This document shows, one piece after another, positions 24,448 through 33,052 of a stretch of 64,000 nt of DNA. The number at the start of each line of letters is the position of its first letter. Position 1 is the stretch's first letter. The translations under genes were made by a program, and so were the position numbers. Under the pieces are notes generated by a model. That model did not search any database. It was not told the DNA's origin and saw only the letters and a program-made list of their open reading frames with translations. This DNA is from Syntrophales bacterium (GTDB taxonomy: Bacteria; Desulfobacterota; Syntrophia; Syntrophales; PHBD01). The stretch covers positions 269,088 to 333,087 of the forward strand of contig DAOSEM010000002.1 in assembly GCA_035363115.1 (NCBI GenBank), in the 5' to 3' direction.

Positions 24448-25479
24448 ATGGGTGAGGAAGACACAAAAAAAGAGGAGTTCGGGCATTTGGCGGATGGTGT
24501 TCCCGGGGACGAGGCCATGGTTCAGTTGATGGACTTCTGGCTGATCGTCAGGCGTCGGAAGCGTTTCATCAGCCGGTTTGTCCTGACGGTCCTGATATTG
24601 ACCGCCATGTCCACACTGCTGATGAAGGATGTATACCAGGCGACGGCCGTCATCTCTCCCATTGCCGGGAAGGACACCGGCGGGACATTATCGGCGCTGG
24701 CACAGCAGATCGGCGGCCTCACCGGCGCATCACTCCTGGGTGCCCCGGCCAGCGCCAATGACATCATGAATTTCCTGAATTCGAACATCCTGCGGGAAAA
24801 GGTGATCGAGAGAAATAACCTGCTGCCCGTGCTGTTTCCGGACGAATGGGACTGGAAACAGAACCGCTGGAAAAAAGGATGGCTCGACGGCATCAGCCTG
24901 AACCCGCTCGTGTATGTCGAAAGAGCCGCCCGCATGCTGCAGCCGGGACCGGTGTCGCAAAAGCAGGAAAAAAGTGACGGAGTTCCCGACATGTGGGACG
25001 GCCTCCGAAAGCTCGACGACATGGTGACCGTGAAGAACAATCTCGATGAGAATTCCATCACCATTGCCGTCACCGGCCCAAATCCCGATATGGCCGCACG
25101 AATCGTGGAGCATTTCCTGACCGCCCTGAACGACCACATGAGCAGCGAAGCGCGGCGGGTCGTCCTGGTGAACCGCAAGTATCTCGAGGAGCAGCTCGAC
25201 AAGACGGCCGATCCGTTCATCCGGCAGAACATCTACAACATGATCGCCCAGCAGATCGAGCGATCCATGACGGTCGAGGCGAAAGAGAACTTCGCCTTCA
25301 AGGTCATCGATCCGCCCAGGGCGCCCGACCGGAAGTTCAAGCCACAACGGATGCAGATCGTGTTGGTGAGCCTGTTTCTCTCCCTGTTCATGGCCATTGC
25401 CGTCGTGTTCGTCCTGGAAAATCTGGAAGGATGGAAAAATTTTCTGAAGGAGCGAGAGAATGAAAAGCCGTTTCCTTGA
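24448..25479 (+). CDS. Wzz-family polysaccharide co-polymerase (chain-length determinant) without a tyrosine-kinase domain
   Basis: N-terminal TM (FISRFVLTVLILTAMSTLLM) followed by YQATAVISP, a coiled periplasmic region, and a C-terminal TM (IVLVSLFLSLFMAIAVVFVL). No Walker motifs. ATG 24448 lies 8 nt after AAGGAG; 24442 and 24421 are alternative starts. Confidence 0.8.
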   Translation: MGEEDTKKEEFGHLADGVPGDEAMVQLMDFWLIVRRRKRFISRFVLTVLILTAMSTLLMKDVYQATAVISPIAGKDTGGTLSALAQQIGGLTGASLLGAPASANDIMNFLNSNILREKVIERNNLLPVLFPDEWDWKQNRWKKGWLDGISLNPLVYVERAARMLQPGPVSQKQEKSDGVPDMWDGLRKLDDMVTVKNNLDENSITIAVTGPNPDMAARIVEHFLTALNDHMSSEARRVVLVNRKYLEEQLDKTADPFIRQNIYNMIAQQIERSMTVEAKENFAFKVIDPPRAPDRKFKPQRMQIVLVSLFLSLFMAIAVVFVLENLEGWKNFLKERENEKPFP

Positions 25480-28400
25480 ATCCATGATCCTGACGGGCGT
25501 GCTCTTCCTGCTTACAGCCGGATCCGGTTGGGCGCAGGACCCGCCGCTCGACACCGCCATCCGGTTGAGGGATCCTGTGCCGCCGCAGACCCTGTCCCTT
25601 AAAAGCCGTGTTCCAGCCGAAGGCGCTGCGTCGGGCGGCCTCAATGGTTCCGCCGACGGGTTTCGGAACGGGTCCCTGAACACCGGGCCGTCCCAGGACC
25701 CGTCGCTGGATGCCGTCTGCCGGCAGAAGAACCTGTCGCCGCAGCAATGCCAGGCATTGAAGAATCATCTTTCCGGGTTCGGGAACGGAATGAAGTCTGA
25801 TGCGGACGGGAACGGGAAGGCGCCGAGGCAACAGAGCCCGCGAAGTCCAGGATATTCTACGCTTCCGGAAAGGAAGAGCCTATTCGAGCGGTCGCGGCCG
25901 ATGGGGAGGTTCCAGGACGTGTCGGTGGACCTGAAACCCTTCGGGTATGACTTTTTCCGGGAGGCTGCCGTCAACGTGACGGCGGACCGCAGGGACATCC
26001 CCGTTCCGATGAATTACATGGTCGGTCCCGGAGACGAGGTGAAGATTCTCCTGTGGGGCCGCGTAAACGGCCAGCACGACCTGGTGGTCGATCGGGACGG
26101 TAAAATCGTGCTGCCCCAGATCGGTCCGATTTACGTGGCCGGCCTGACCTTCGAGGAAATGTCCAAGAAGGTTATCTCTCAGGCCCACCAGATCGTCGGG
26201 GCCAGTGTCGACATCTCCATGGGATCGCTGAAGACGATCCCCGTGTTCGTCCTGGGTGACGTGTGCAGGCCCGGCACTTATACGGTCGGTTCCCTGGCGA
26301 CGGTTACCGATGCCCTCCTGATGGCCGGCGGCCCGACGGACATCGGGTCGATGCGGAGAATCCAGGTCCGCCGGAAGGGCAGAATCGCCGGATCGTTCGA
26401 CCTTTACGACCTTTTTCTGAAAGGAGACCGGTCCGGCGACATGACCCTTCATCGGGACGATGTGGTGTTCGTGCCCGTAGTGGGTCCGATCGTCGGCGTG
26501 GCCGGCAATGTGCGCCGTCCGGCGATTTACGAGCTGAAGGGCGACGCGGAGCTGGAACACGTCTTTGCCCTGGCGGGGGGGATCATTCCGTCCGCCTATC
26601 TGCAGCAGATCCAGGTGTCGAGGGTGCAGAACAACGAGCGGCAGGTCATCGTCGACCTGAACAACCGGGAACTCGGGAAATCCACGGGCTTCCACATGCA
26701 GGATGCGGATCTGGTCAGGGTCTTCTCCGTTGTCGACATCGACCGGAACGCCGTCCACCTGGCGGGAAACGTGCGCCGGCCCGGCAAGTTCGAATACAAG
26801 CCCGGGATGCGGGTGCGGGACCTCATTGGGGGCATGGACAACCTGCTGGATGAAACGAGCCTTGACTACGCACTGATCAAGAGGGTCAGGCTGCCCGAAC
26901 GGAGCGCGATGCTGGTCCCTTTCAGCCTGCGCCGTCTGTTCATGGAGAAGGATGCGGCCGCCGACATCGAGCTGAAACCCGAGGACCAGGTGTTCGTTTT
27001 TTCCCGCTGGCTCTTCCAGGACAGGCCGTTTGCCATGATCGAGGGAGAAGTCCGGGGAGAATGCCTGGAAATGACCGAGCTCTCCGCCGATGGCCTGGAA
27101 CGTTCCCCCCAGGCAAGGCCGGAGCCTGTAGACAGGAAGAAGAGCCGGTCGGTTCAGGCTGCGGGGCTTCGGAAAATGGGAGAGGATCTGGAACGCGACC
27201 ATCAAAGGATGCTGGCGGAGCGCGTGCTCCTGATCTCCGGGCGCCTGAACAGGGAGAGCCGGTATGATCCGAAGGAAGATCTCCGGGAGGTGGCGGCGGA
27301 GATGAGAAAATTGAATCTATCCGTGTACCTGGAAAAGATGGGGGAGCTGGAGAAAGGATTCTCCGCTGCCTGCCGGTTCCTGGTCACGGATAACCTGCGC
27401 GTCCGGGATGCCATCCTCGGTGCGGGCGGACTGACGCCCGACGCGGACCTGGAGACGGGGGAGATCGTCCGCTTCGGGAATGACCGGGAGTATGAGACCC
27501 TCTATTTTCATGTCGAAAAGGCCATGACCGGAGACCCGGGGGAAAATCATGCCGTTTTGCCGAAGGACCGCATCATCGTGCATTCCATCTGGGAAAAGAT
27601 GCCGCGTCAGTACGTTTACGTGGAAGGGGAAGTGGGCCGGCCCGGAATCCATGTCTACACGAAAGGCATGAAAGTCAGCGACCTTGTCTTCAAGGGCGGC
27701 GGCCTGCTGGAGTCGGCTTATCGGGAAGAGGCGGAGCTCTCGTCGCAGACGGTGGAAGCAGGAAAGAAAGGGGTGCTTGAGCACAAAAAGATCCGCTTGC
27801 GGGACATCCTTGAAGGAAAGCCGGGAGCCGATGTGGAGCTGAATCCCTTCGACCGGCTTCTGGTCCGGAGAATCAGCAACTGGCGTACGGAACAGTTTGC
27901 CTCCGTCTCGGGGGAGATTCTCTTCGAGGGGAAGTATGCCGTTCGGAAAGGCGAGCGCCTGTCGTCGCTGATCGAGCGGGCCGGAGGATACACGGACAAG
28001 GCCTACCTGCGGGGCGCTGTTTTCAGGAGGGATAGCGTGCGGTCGCTGCAGCAGAGCAGCCTGGAGGACATGGCCCGGAGGATGGAAAAGGAGATTCTCA
28101 CCGATGGCGCGACCGGCATTTCCTCTTCCCTCTCCTCCGAGGACGCGGAGTCCAGAAAGATCGAGCTGGAACAGAAAAGGAAGCTGGTCGATGCCATGCG
28201 CCTGCTGAAGGCGACCGGCCGCATGACGATCCACCTCGGACACCTGCGGGTCCTCAAGGGCGGTCCGTATGACATCGAGCTGGAAAACGGCGACAGCCTG
28301 TACATTCCGGCGCGGCCGAGCGTGGTGAACGTGGCGGGTGCCGTGATGAGCCCGACGAGCCATCTTTTTATGGACCGCCTGGATTACGGCGATTATATCC

Positions 28401-28687
28401 GGCTCTCCGGAGGGTACAGCCGGTACGCCGACGAGAATAGCGTCTTCATTCTCAAGGTCGATGGAAGCGCCGTCAGGGCGGGCGATCGATATCTGAGGTG
28501 GAGCGACGGCAGGGAGCGATGGGAGATGGCACCGTTTGCACATCGTGACGACACCATGGAACCGGGAGACGTGGTGGTTGTTCCGGAAAAGCTGGAACGA
28601 ATCGCCTGGCTCAGGGAGATCCGCGACATCGCCCAGATCCTCATGAACATCGCGGCCACGACGGGGATCATCATCAAGGTGTTTTGA
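25460..28687 (+). CDS. Giant Wza-family polysaccharide export protein: Poly_export domain plus at least 6 SLBB-like repeats and a C-terminal amphipathic helix
   Basis: Poly_export block YMVGPGDEVKILLWGRVNGQHDLVVDRDGKIVLPQIGPIYVAGLTFEEM. Repeated SLBB-like units (e.g. VFVLGDVCRPGTYTV...AGGPT, VGVAGNVRRPAIYEL...AGGII, VYVEGEVGRPGIHVY...GGGLL, VSGEILFEGKYAV...AGGYT). C-terminus REIRDIAQILMNIAATTGIIIKVF. The signal peptide has no lipobox Cys. Overlaps wzz by 20 nt. Confidence 0.85.
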   Translation: MKSRFLESMILTGVLFLLTAGSGWAQDPPLDTAIRLRDPVPPQTLSLKSRVPAEGAASGGLNGSADGFRNGSLNTGPSQDPSLDAVCRQKNLSPQQCQALKNHLSGFGNGMKSDADGNGKAPRQQSPRSPGYSTLPERKSLFERSRPMGRFQDVSVDLKPFGYDFFREAAVNVTADRRDIPVPMNYMVGPGDEVKILLWGRVNGQHDLVVDRDGKIVLPQIGPIYVAGLTFEEMSKKVISQAHQIVGASVDISMGSLKTIPVFVLGDVCRPGTYTVGSLATVTDALLMAGGPTDIGSMRRIQVRRKGRIAGSFDLYDLFLKGDRSGDMTLHRDDVVFVPVVGPIVGVAGNVRRPAIYELKGDAELEHVFALAGGIIPSAYLQQIQVSRVQNNERQVIVDLNNRELGKSTGFHMQDADLVRVFSVVDIDRNAVHLAGNVRRPGKFEYKPGMRVRDLIGGMDNLLDETSLDYALIKRVRLPERSAMLVPFSLRRLFMEKDAAADIELKPEDQVFVFSRWLFQDRPFAMIEGEVRGECLEMTELSADGLERSPQARPEPVDRKKSRSVQAAGLRKMGEDLERDHQRMLAERVLLISGRLNRESRYDPKEDLREVAAEMRKLNLSVYLEKMGELEKGFSAACRFLVTDNLRVRDAILGAGGLTPDADLETGEIVRFGNDREYETLYFHVEKAMTGDPGENHAVLPKDRIIVHSIWEKMPRQYVYVEGEVGRPGIHVYTKGMKVSDLVFKGGGLLESAYREEAELSSQTVEAGKKGVLEHKKIRLRDILEGKPGADVELNPFDRLLVRRISNWRTEQFASVSGEILFEGKYAVRKGERLSSLIERAGGYTDKAYLRGAVFRRDSVRSLQQSSLEDMARRMEKEILTDGATGISSSLSSEDAESRKIELEQKRKLVDAMRLLKATGRMTIHLGHLRVLKGGPYDIELENGDSLYIPARPSVVNVAGAVMSPTSHLFMDRLDYGDYIRLSGGYSRYADENSVFILKVDGSAVRAGDRYLRWSDGRERWEMAPFAHRDDTMEPGDVVVVPEKLERIAWLREIRDIAQILMNIAATTGIIIKVF

Positions 28688-28746
28688 CGGGAACGAGCAG
28701 GGCGGATAAGGACGCGCCCATATTACAACAAGCCAAGGAGGAATGT

Positions 28747-29523
28747 ATGAAGCAGGTCTGGATTCGCTGCCTGGTCGTCATGGCCGTCCTGATGCAGTCT
28801 GTCGCTCCCGCGTCCGCGTTCGATGCCGCACGAGCGGGTCGGCTCGTTCTTGTCAACGGCGATGCCGAATTGATACGGGCGGGGACAAAGTTCAGACCGG
28901 ATGTGCAAACCGGTTTGCAGGAGGGGGACATCATCCGGACGGGAAAGGATGGCCTGGTCAAGGGGATATTGGAAGATGAAACCGTGGTCACCATCGACCG
29001 GAACAGCCGTGTCGTCATGAAGAAATTCGTTCTCCGGGGGGGAATCCGGTCGGCGAAGATTTATGTCGAATCCGGTAAAATCACAGCCGATGTGAAGCGC
29101 TTCATGGGGGGTGGGAACACCTTCAACCTGGAGAGCCCGACCGCCGTTGCGGGGTTGACCGGGACGGTGATCGAATTTGCGGTTGTGATCGGTGCCGGAG
29201 GAGTGCCGACGACCACCGTGACCTGTCTGTCCGGGACTGCCGTGGTCATTACGGCAGCGGGATCCGTAACACTGGCGGCCGGACAGACGGCCGTGGCGGT
29301 TGCCTCCGCCGCTCCTGCGGTTACCACGGCGACTGACGCGGTCGCCGCGGCGGGAGCGGCCGGAGGAACGGCGGCAGCCGCGTCCATCGGCGCGGGAACC
29401 ATTGCGGTCGGCGCGCTGGTTGCCGCTGCCGTGGCGGCTGCGGCGGTCCTGGTGTCCGGTGGAGGCGGCGGAGGCGGCGGTGCTGTTTCTGCGCCGACAC
29501 ATGCAACAACATCGCATCATTGA
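28747..29523 (+). CDS. FecR-domain exported protein with an Ala/Gly/Thr/Val-rich tail, a C-terminal TM segment and a Gly8 run
   Basis: ATG 28747 follows AAGGAGGA. Signal peptide MKQVWIRCLVVMAVLMQSVAPASA. FecR-like block LVNGDAELIRAGTKFRPDVQTGLQEGDIIRTGKDGLVKGILEDETVVTIDRNSRV. Tail: ...AVTTATDAVAAAGAAGGTAAAASIGAGTIAVGALVAAAVAAAAVLVSGGGGGGGGAVSAPTHATTSHH. Confidence 0.7.
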   Translation: MKQVWIRCLVVMAVLMQSVAPASAFDAARAGRLVLVNGDAELIRAGTKFRPDVQTGLQEGDIIRTGKDGLVKGILEDETVVTIDRNSRVVMKKFVLRGGIRSAKIYVESGKITADVKRFMGGGNTFNLESPTAVAGLTGTVIEFAVVIGAGGVPTTTVTCLSGTAVVITAAGSVTLAAGQTAVAVASAAPAVTTATDAVAAAGAAGGTAAAASIGAGTIAVGALVAAAVAAAAVLVSGGGGGGGGAVSAPTHATTSHH

Positions 29524-29628
29524 GACGGGACTGGAAATCCCTATCCAGGAAGGCCGTTTCCGATCCCCCATGTTTCTCCTCAGCTTCCGGAATAAGACGA
29601 TATGGGAATGATAACGACCGGATGAATA

Positions 29629-30180
29629 GTGACCGAAATGGAGAGAGCGATGGGATTTGAGAACAAGACGGGAGGCTTCATGCTCCTCTTCCTGATGGCC
29701 TGCATCGTTCTGGATTTGATTTCATGCGGTATTGCACAGAAGAGGGTCATGATAACGGATGAGGAGCAATCCATCTTATCGGCGGCCGAGAAAACCTTCC
29801 TCTGCATGAGCGAAAAACGGTACGGAGAACTATGGGAAAGCATCAGCAGGAGATCAAAAGAAGCCGTTGTCAGGGATGTGCTCGATGCCTGCGATGTAAT
29901 GCACATCCGGTGTGACGGGACGAAGCTTCGTATGAGTTTCGCGAATGAAGGGCCTGATGCGGTGATTTACTGGGAAAATTTCCTGGCCGCGTTCGACCCG
30001 AACTCCGTGATCAGGGAGAGCCGGTGGATGATGGGCAAGGCAGGCGCCGAAAAGGCGGAAATCATCGTCTTTCACAGAGACTCGGACAGGGAGGCCGTCC
30101 TGAAGGTTGTGAAGGAGGACGGTGTCTGGAAAATGGGACTGGAAGAGAGTTTTGGCGTCAGGAAACGGATGCTTTGGTAG
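29629..30180 (+). CDS. Hypothetical lipoprotein
   Basis: Lipobox-like LDLISC after the hydrophobic stretch FMLLFLMACIV. The mature part is a small alpha+beta-looking domain and no family was recognised. The start is uncertain (GTG 29629, ATG 29638 or 29650). Confidence 0.55.
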   Translation: MTEMERAMGFENKTGGFMLLFLMACIVLDLISCGIAQKRVMITDEEQSILSAAEKTFLCMSEKRYGELWESISRRSKEAVVRDVLDACDVMHIRCDGTKLRMSFANEGPDAVIYWENFLAAFDPNSVIRESRWMMGKAGAEKAEIIVFHRDSDREAVLKVVKEDGVWKMGLEESFGVRKRMLW

Positions 30181-30283
30181 AAACGGGACAACAGGGCGCA
30201 GCTTTGTAATTCCGAGGAGCGCGACAGGATGGAAAAGGACCGGCAGATATGCTATGGCTGGGAGCACCGCAAAGGAGGTTGCC

Positions 30284-31081
30284 ATGATCAGAAAGATTCT
30301 TGCCATCTTGTCGTTCCTGCTGGTCGTTCCCGCGTTTATCGCCGTGGACGGAGTTCTCGCAGCCCCGGCAAAGTGGGGCACCATCATGTACGTTCATGAG
30401 AAGACGAACATCCGGGCCAAGCGAACAATCAATTCGGGTCTCAAAGGGCAGCTTCAGGCCGGTCAGGCGGTGCGGGCGGACTTCCCGGAGGACGACTGGT
30501 ACGCCGTGTTCAAGCCGTCCGAGACGAGGCGCTCCGAGCGGTACGCTCTGGGCTACGTATACGCCCCGCGACTCTTCCCGGGTAAGGAGGGCGAGACTGT
30601 CTCCGCAGCGGGCACGAAGCCGAAAACCGGCGGCGATGCGGTGAGTGTTGAGGTGAAGTCCATCCGGTTCAAGGTCACAGCGGACGGAAAGGAATCGGTC
30701 CTGGTGGAGTTCAACCGTTTCTACATGCCGGCGATTTATTATGTCGAGGGGAAGGAGCCGAAGATCATTCTGGACATCACCAACACGACATCCATCCGGA
30801 AGGAATGGCTGGAAATGAAAGTGCAGGGCCAGATGATCCGGCGCGTCCGGGCGACATCCATTCCTGCCGGCAGTATCCTGCGGCTTGCCCTGGATATGGA
30901 TCCCGCGAAAAACTACAATGCAAACCCCATTTTGTACCGGAGCGACAACACCTACGCGGTTGAGGTGAGTGAGGTCGCCGCCGCTCCGCCGTCCGGAACG
31001 GCTCCGGCGGCCGGTGCACCGGCCCCGAAGGCTTCCAGGGAGGCGACGCCGGCGTCGGCGGCTTCAACCGGTGGGAGATAA
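30284..31081 (+). CDS. Exported SH3-like + AMIN-domain protein
   Basis: ATG 30284 follows AAAGGAGG. Signal peptide MIRKILAILSFLLVVPAFIAVDGVLA. SH3_3-like block (VHEKTNIRAKRTINSGLKGQLQAGQAVRADFPEDDWYAV). AMIN-like block (VKSIRFKVTADGKESVLVEFNRFYMPAIYYVEGKEPKIILDITNT...IRRVRA...LRLALDM). Pro/Ala-rich C-terminus. Confidence 0.65.
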   Translation: MIRKILAILSFLLVVPAFIAVDGVLAAPAKWGTIMYVHEKTNIRAKRTINSGLKGQLQAGQAVRADFPEDDWYAVFKPSETRRSERYALGYVYAPRLFPGKEGETVSAAGTKPKTGGDAVSVEVKSIRFKVTADGKESVLVEFNRFYMPAIYYVEGKEPKIILDITNTTSIRKEWLEMKVQGQMIRRVRATSIPAGSILRLALDMDPAKNYNANPILYRSDNTYAVEVSEVAAAPPSGTAPAAGAPAPKASREATPASAASTGGR

Positions 31082-31109
31082 CAGTACAGAGAATCGGTGA
31101 CCGGACGAT

Positions 31110-31140
31110 AAAGGCAGGCCCGCGGGCCTGCCTTTATTTT
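31110..31140. terminator. Rho-independent terminator between the convergent glycan locus and recJ (strong for the plus strand, weaker for the minus)
   Basis: GGCAGGCC-cgcg-GGCCTGCC (31113-31132), flanked by AAA on the left and TTTATTTT (31133-31140) on the right. Confidence 0.75.
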
Positions 31141-31158
31141 GTGCTGCGGGAGTGGATG

Positions 31159-32901
31159 TCAGTTCGACGACGTGATCGCCACATCGTGCATCTTGAGCTG
31201 AATGTCGGAGATGCCGCCCCAGGTGTTGATCTGGGGGGTGAAGGCGATGTCCACGGGAAGCCCGGTGATGGTTTCCAGGTAATGCCCTTTGCTGAACCAG
31301 ATGGAGTTGCAGTTCGTTCCGCTGCTGCTGATCCGCATCCGCAAATGGTTATTGCCGACGACGGACGGGGACAGGACGTTGACGTTGCGCACGCAGAGGA
31401 TGGGTTCGGGATTGCGGGCGCCGTACGGAGCCAGCGTTTCGATCTGGGAGAGGAGGTTGTGCGTGATGTCCTGGAGGCGGCATTCCGCGTCGATGACCGT
31501 CTGGGATACCATGTCGGATGCCTGGGTCTCTTCCTGAATCACCGATTCGAGGAGGGTTCTGAAATCGGGAATATGCTCTTCCCGGATGGAGATGCCCGCG
31601 GCGAATCGGTGGCCGCCATAGGAAAGGAGCAGGGAATCGCAGCGCTGGAGACCGCGGTAGATATCGAAATCGGCGATGCTGCGGCCCGATCCCTTGCCGA
31701 TCCCGTCCTTGAGGCTGATCAGGATGGCGGGCCGATAGTAGCGATCGACCAGCCGGGAGGCCACGATCCCGATGACGCCGGGATGCCAGCGGGACGAGGC
31801 GAACACCAGGGACCGGGAATTCTTCGGATCCATGGTGTCTTCGATTTCCTTGAGGATTTCGCCCAGGATTTCCCGCTCGATGTCCTGCCGCCGCCGGTTG
31901 TAGACATCCAACTGCCGGGCCAGGGTGAGGGCCGTCTCCATGTCTTCCGTCATCAGCAGATTCACCGCGTCCCGGGGGGATGCGATGCGGCCGGCGGCGT
32001 TGATGCGGGGAATCAGGTTGTAGGAGGCCTTCGTGGAGTCGATCAACTGGCTGTCGATGCCGCAGACCTCCTTGAGCGCACGGATGCCGGCAGACCGCCC
32101 CTCCGTGATCAGGTCGAGGCCGATTTTGGCAAGGATGCGATTCTCGTCGATCAGGGGGGATATGTCGCCGATCGTTCCGAGCGCCACCAGGTCCAGGTAT
32201 TGCCGGAGGTTGGGATAGGTGCTGCTGTTCCAGAAACCTTCCTCCCGCAGGACCCCCCGGAGGGCGATGAGGAAATTGAAGGCGATCCCCACTGCGGCCA
32301 TGTCCTTGAAGGGAAAGGGACAGTCCGTGCGGTGGGGATTGATGACGGCGGCGGCATTGGGAAGGCTGGGGGGGACCTCGTGGTGGTCCAGGATGATCGT
32401 GTCGATCCCGAGGCCTTTCGCATAGGCGACTTCATCGGCATCGGAAATGCCGCAGTCGACCGTTACGATCAGGCTGATTCCCTGCGCTTTGAACCGGTCG
32501 ATGGCGGTCCGGTTGAGGCTGTACCCCTCCCCGATCCGGTCGGGGATATGATAGGAAACGGAAGGATCGATGCGACGGAGGAATTTCAGAAGGATCACCA
32601 CCGAGGTAATCCCGTCCGCGTCATAGTCGCCGTAGATGACGATGCTCTCCCGGTTGCGGATCCCCTTGACCAGGCGGTTCACGCCCTTTCTCATGTCCTT
32701 CATCAGGTAGGGGTTGTGGAGGTCCGTCAGGGAAGGGGAGAGAAAGCGCCTTGCGTCGTCGATCTCCAGGATATCCCTGCTGGTGAGGATCTGGGAAACG
32801 ATGGGAGAGAGGCCGAATTCCGAGGACAGTTTTTCCTGAATGGCGGAATCCACTTCGGAGAGGCGCCAGCGGGTTATCGGGAGGCTCTTTGGCTGCATCA
32901 T
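31159..32901 (-). CDS. recJ: Single-stranded-DNA-specific exonuclease RecJ
   Basis: 580 aa. DHH motifs (IVIYGDYDADGITS, TVDCGISD, ILDHH) and DHHA1 (GGHRFAAGISI). Confidence 0.92.
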   Translation of the reverse strand: MMQPKSLPITRWRLSEVDSAIQEKLSSEFGLSPIVSQILTSRDILEIDDARRFLSPSLTDLHNPYLMKDMRKGVNRLVKGIRNRESIVIYGDYDADGITSVVILLKFLRRIDPSVSYHIPDRIGEGYSLNRTAIDRFKAQGISLIVTVDCGISDADEVAYAKGLGIDTIILDHHEVPPSLPNAAAVINPHRTDCPFPFKDMAAVGIAFNFLIALRGVLREEGFWNSSTYPNLRQYLDLVALGTIGDISPLIDENRILAKIGLDLITEGRSAGIRALKEVCGIDSQLIDSTKASYNLIPRINAAGRIASPRDAVNLLMTEDMETALTLARQLDVYNRRRQDIEREILGEILKEIEDTMDPKNSRSLVFASSRWHPGVIGIVASRLVDRYYRPAILISLKDGIGKGSGRSIADFDIYRGLQRCDSLLLSYGGHRFAAGISIREEHIPDFRTLLESVIQEETQASDMVSQTVIDAECRLQDITHNLLSQIETLAPYGARNPEPILCVRNVNVLSPSVVGNNHLRMRISSSGTNCNSIWFSKGHYLETITGLPVDIAFTPQINTWGGISDIQLKMHDVAITSSN

Positions 32902-32983
32902 CCACTCAGGTAAGGAGTCAGATTCGTTAATAAAACTTTGATTCGTCTAACACACGGAGTCCGGACGGTCAAGGAAAGAGTGG

Positions 32984-33018
32984 AAATAAAGAAGGCCATG
33001 GCTTTCGCCATGGCCTTC
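32984..33018 (-). terminator. Rho-independent terminator of the acyl-CoA dehydrogenase gene
   Basis: On the minus strand: GAAGGCCATGGC-gaaa-GCCATGGCCTTC followed by TTTATTT, 35 nt after the stop. Confidence 0.7.
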
Positions 33019-33052
33019 CGTCCTCAAACCGGCAAATACCGGGATGTTGCGA

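Noticed and set aside
31141-32913. 590-aa plus-strand ORF opposite recJ. The same applies to 35247-36791 (+), 41839-43527 (+), 53637-55253 (+), 7714-9192 (-), 20928-22244 (-), 25880-27205 (-) and 61289-62500 (-).
   Set aside because: Each lies antisense to a gene with strong family motifs, has Gly/Arg/Pro/Asp-rich low-complexity translations and lacks an SD. All were treated as GC-driven artefacts.
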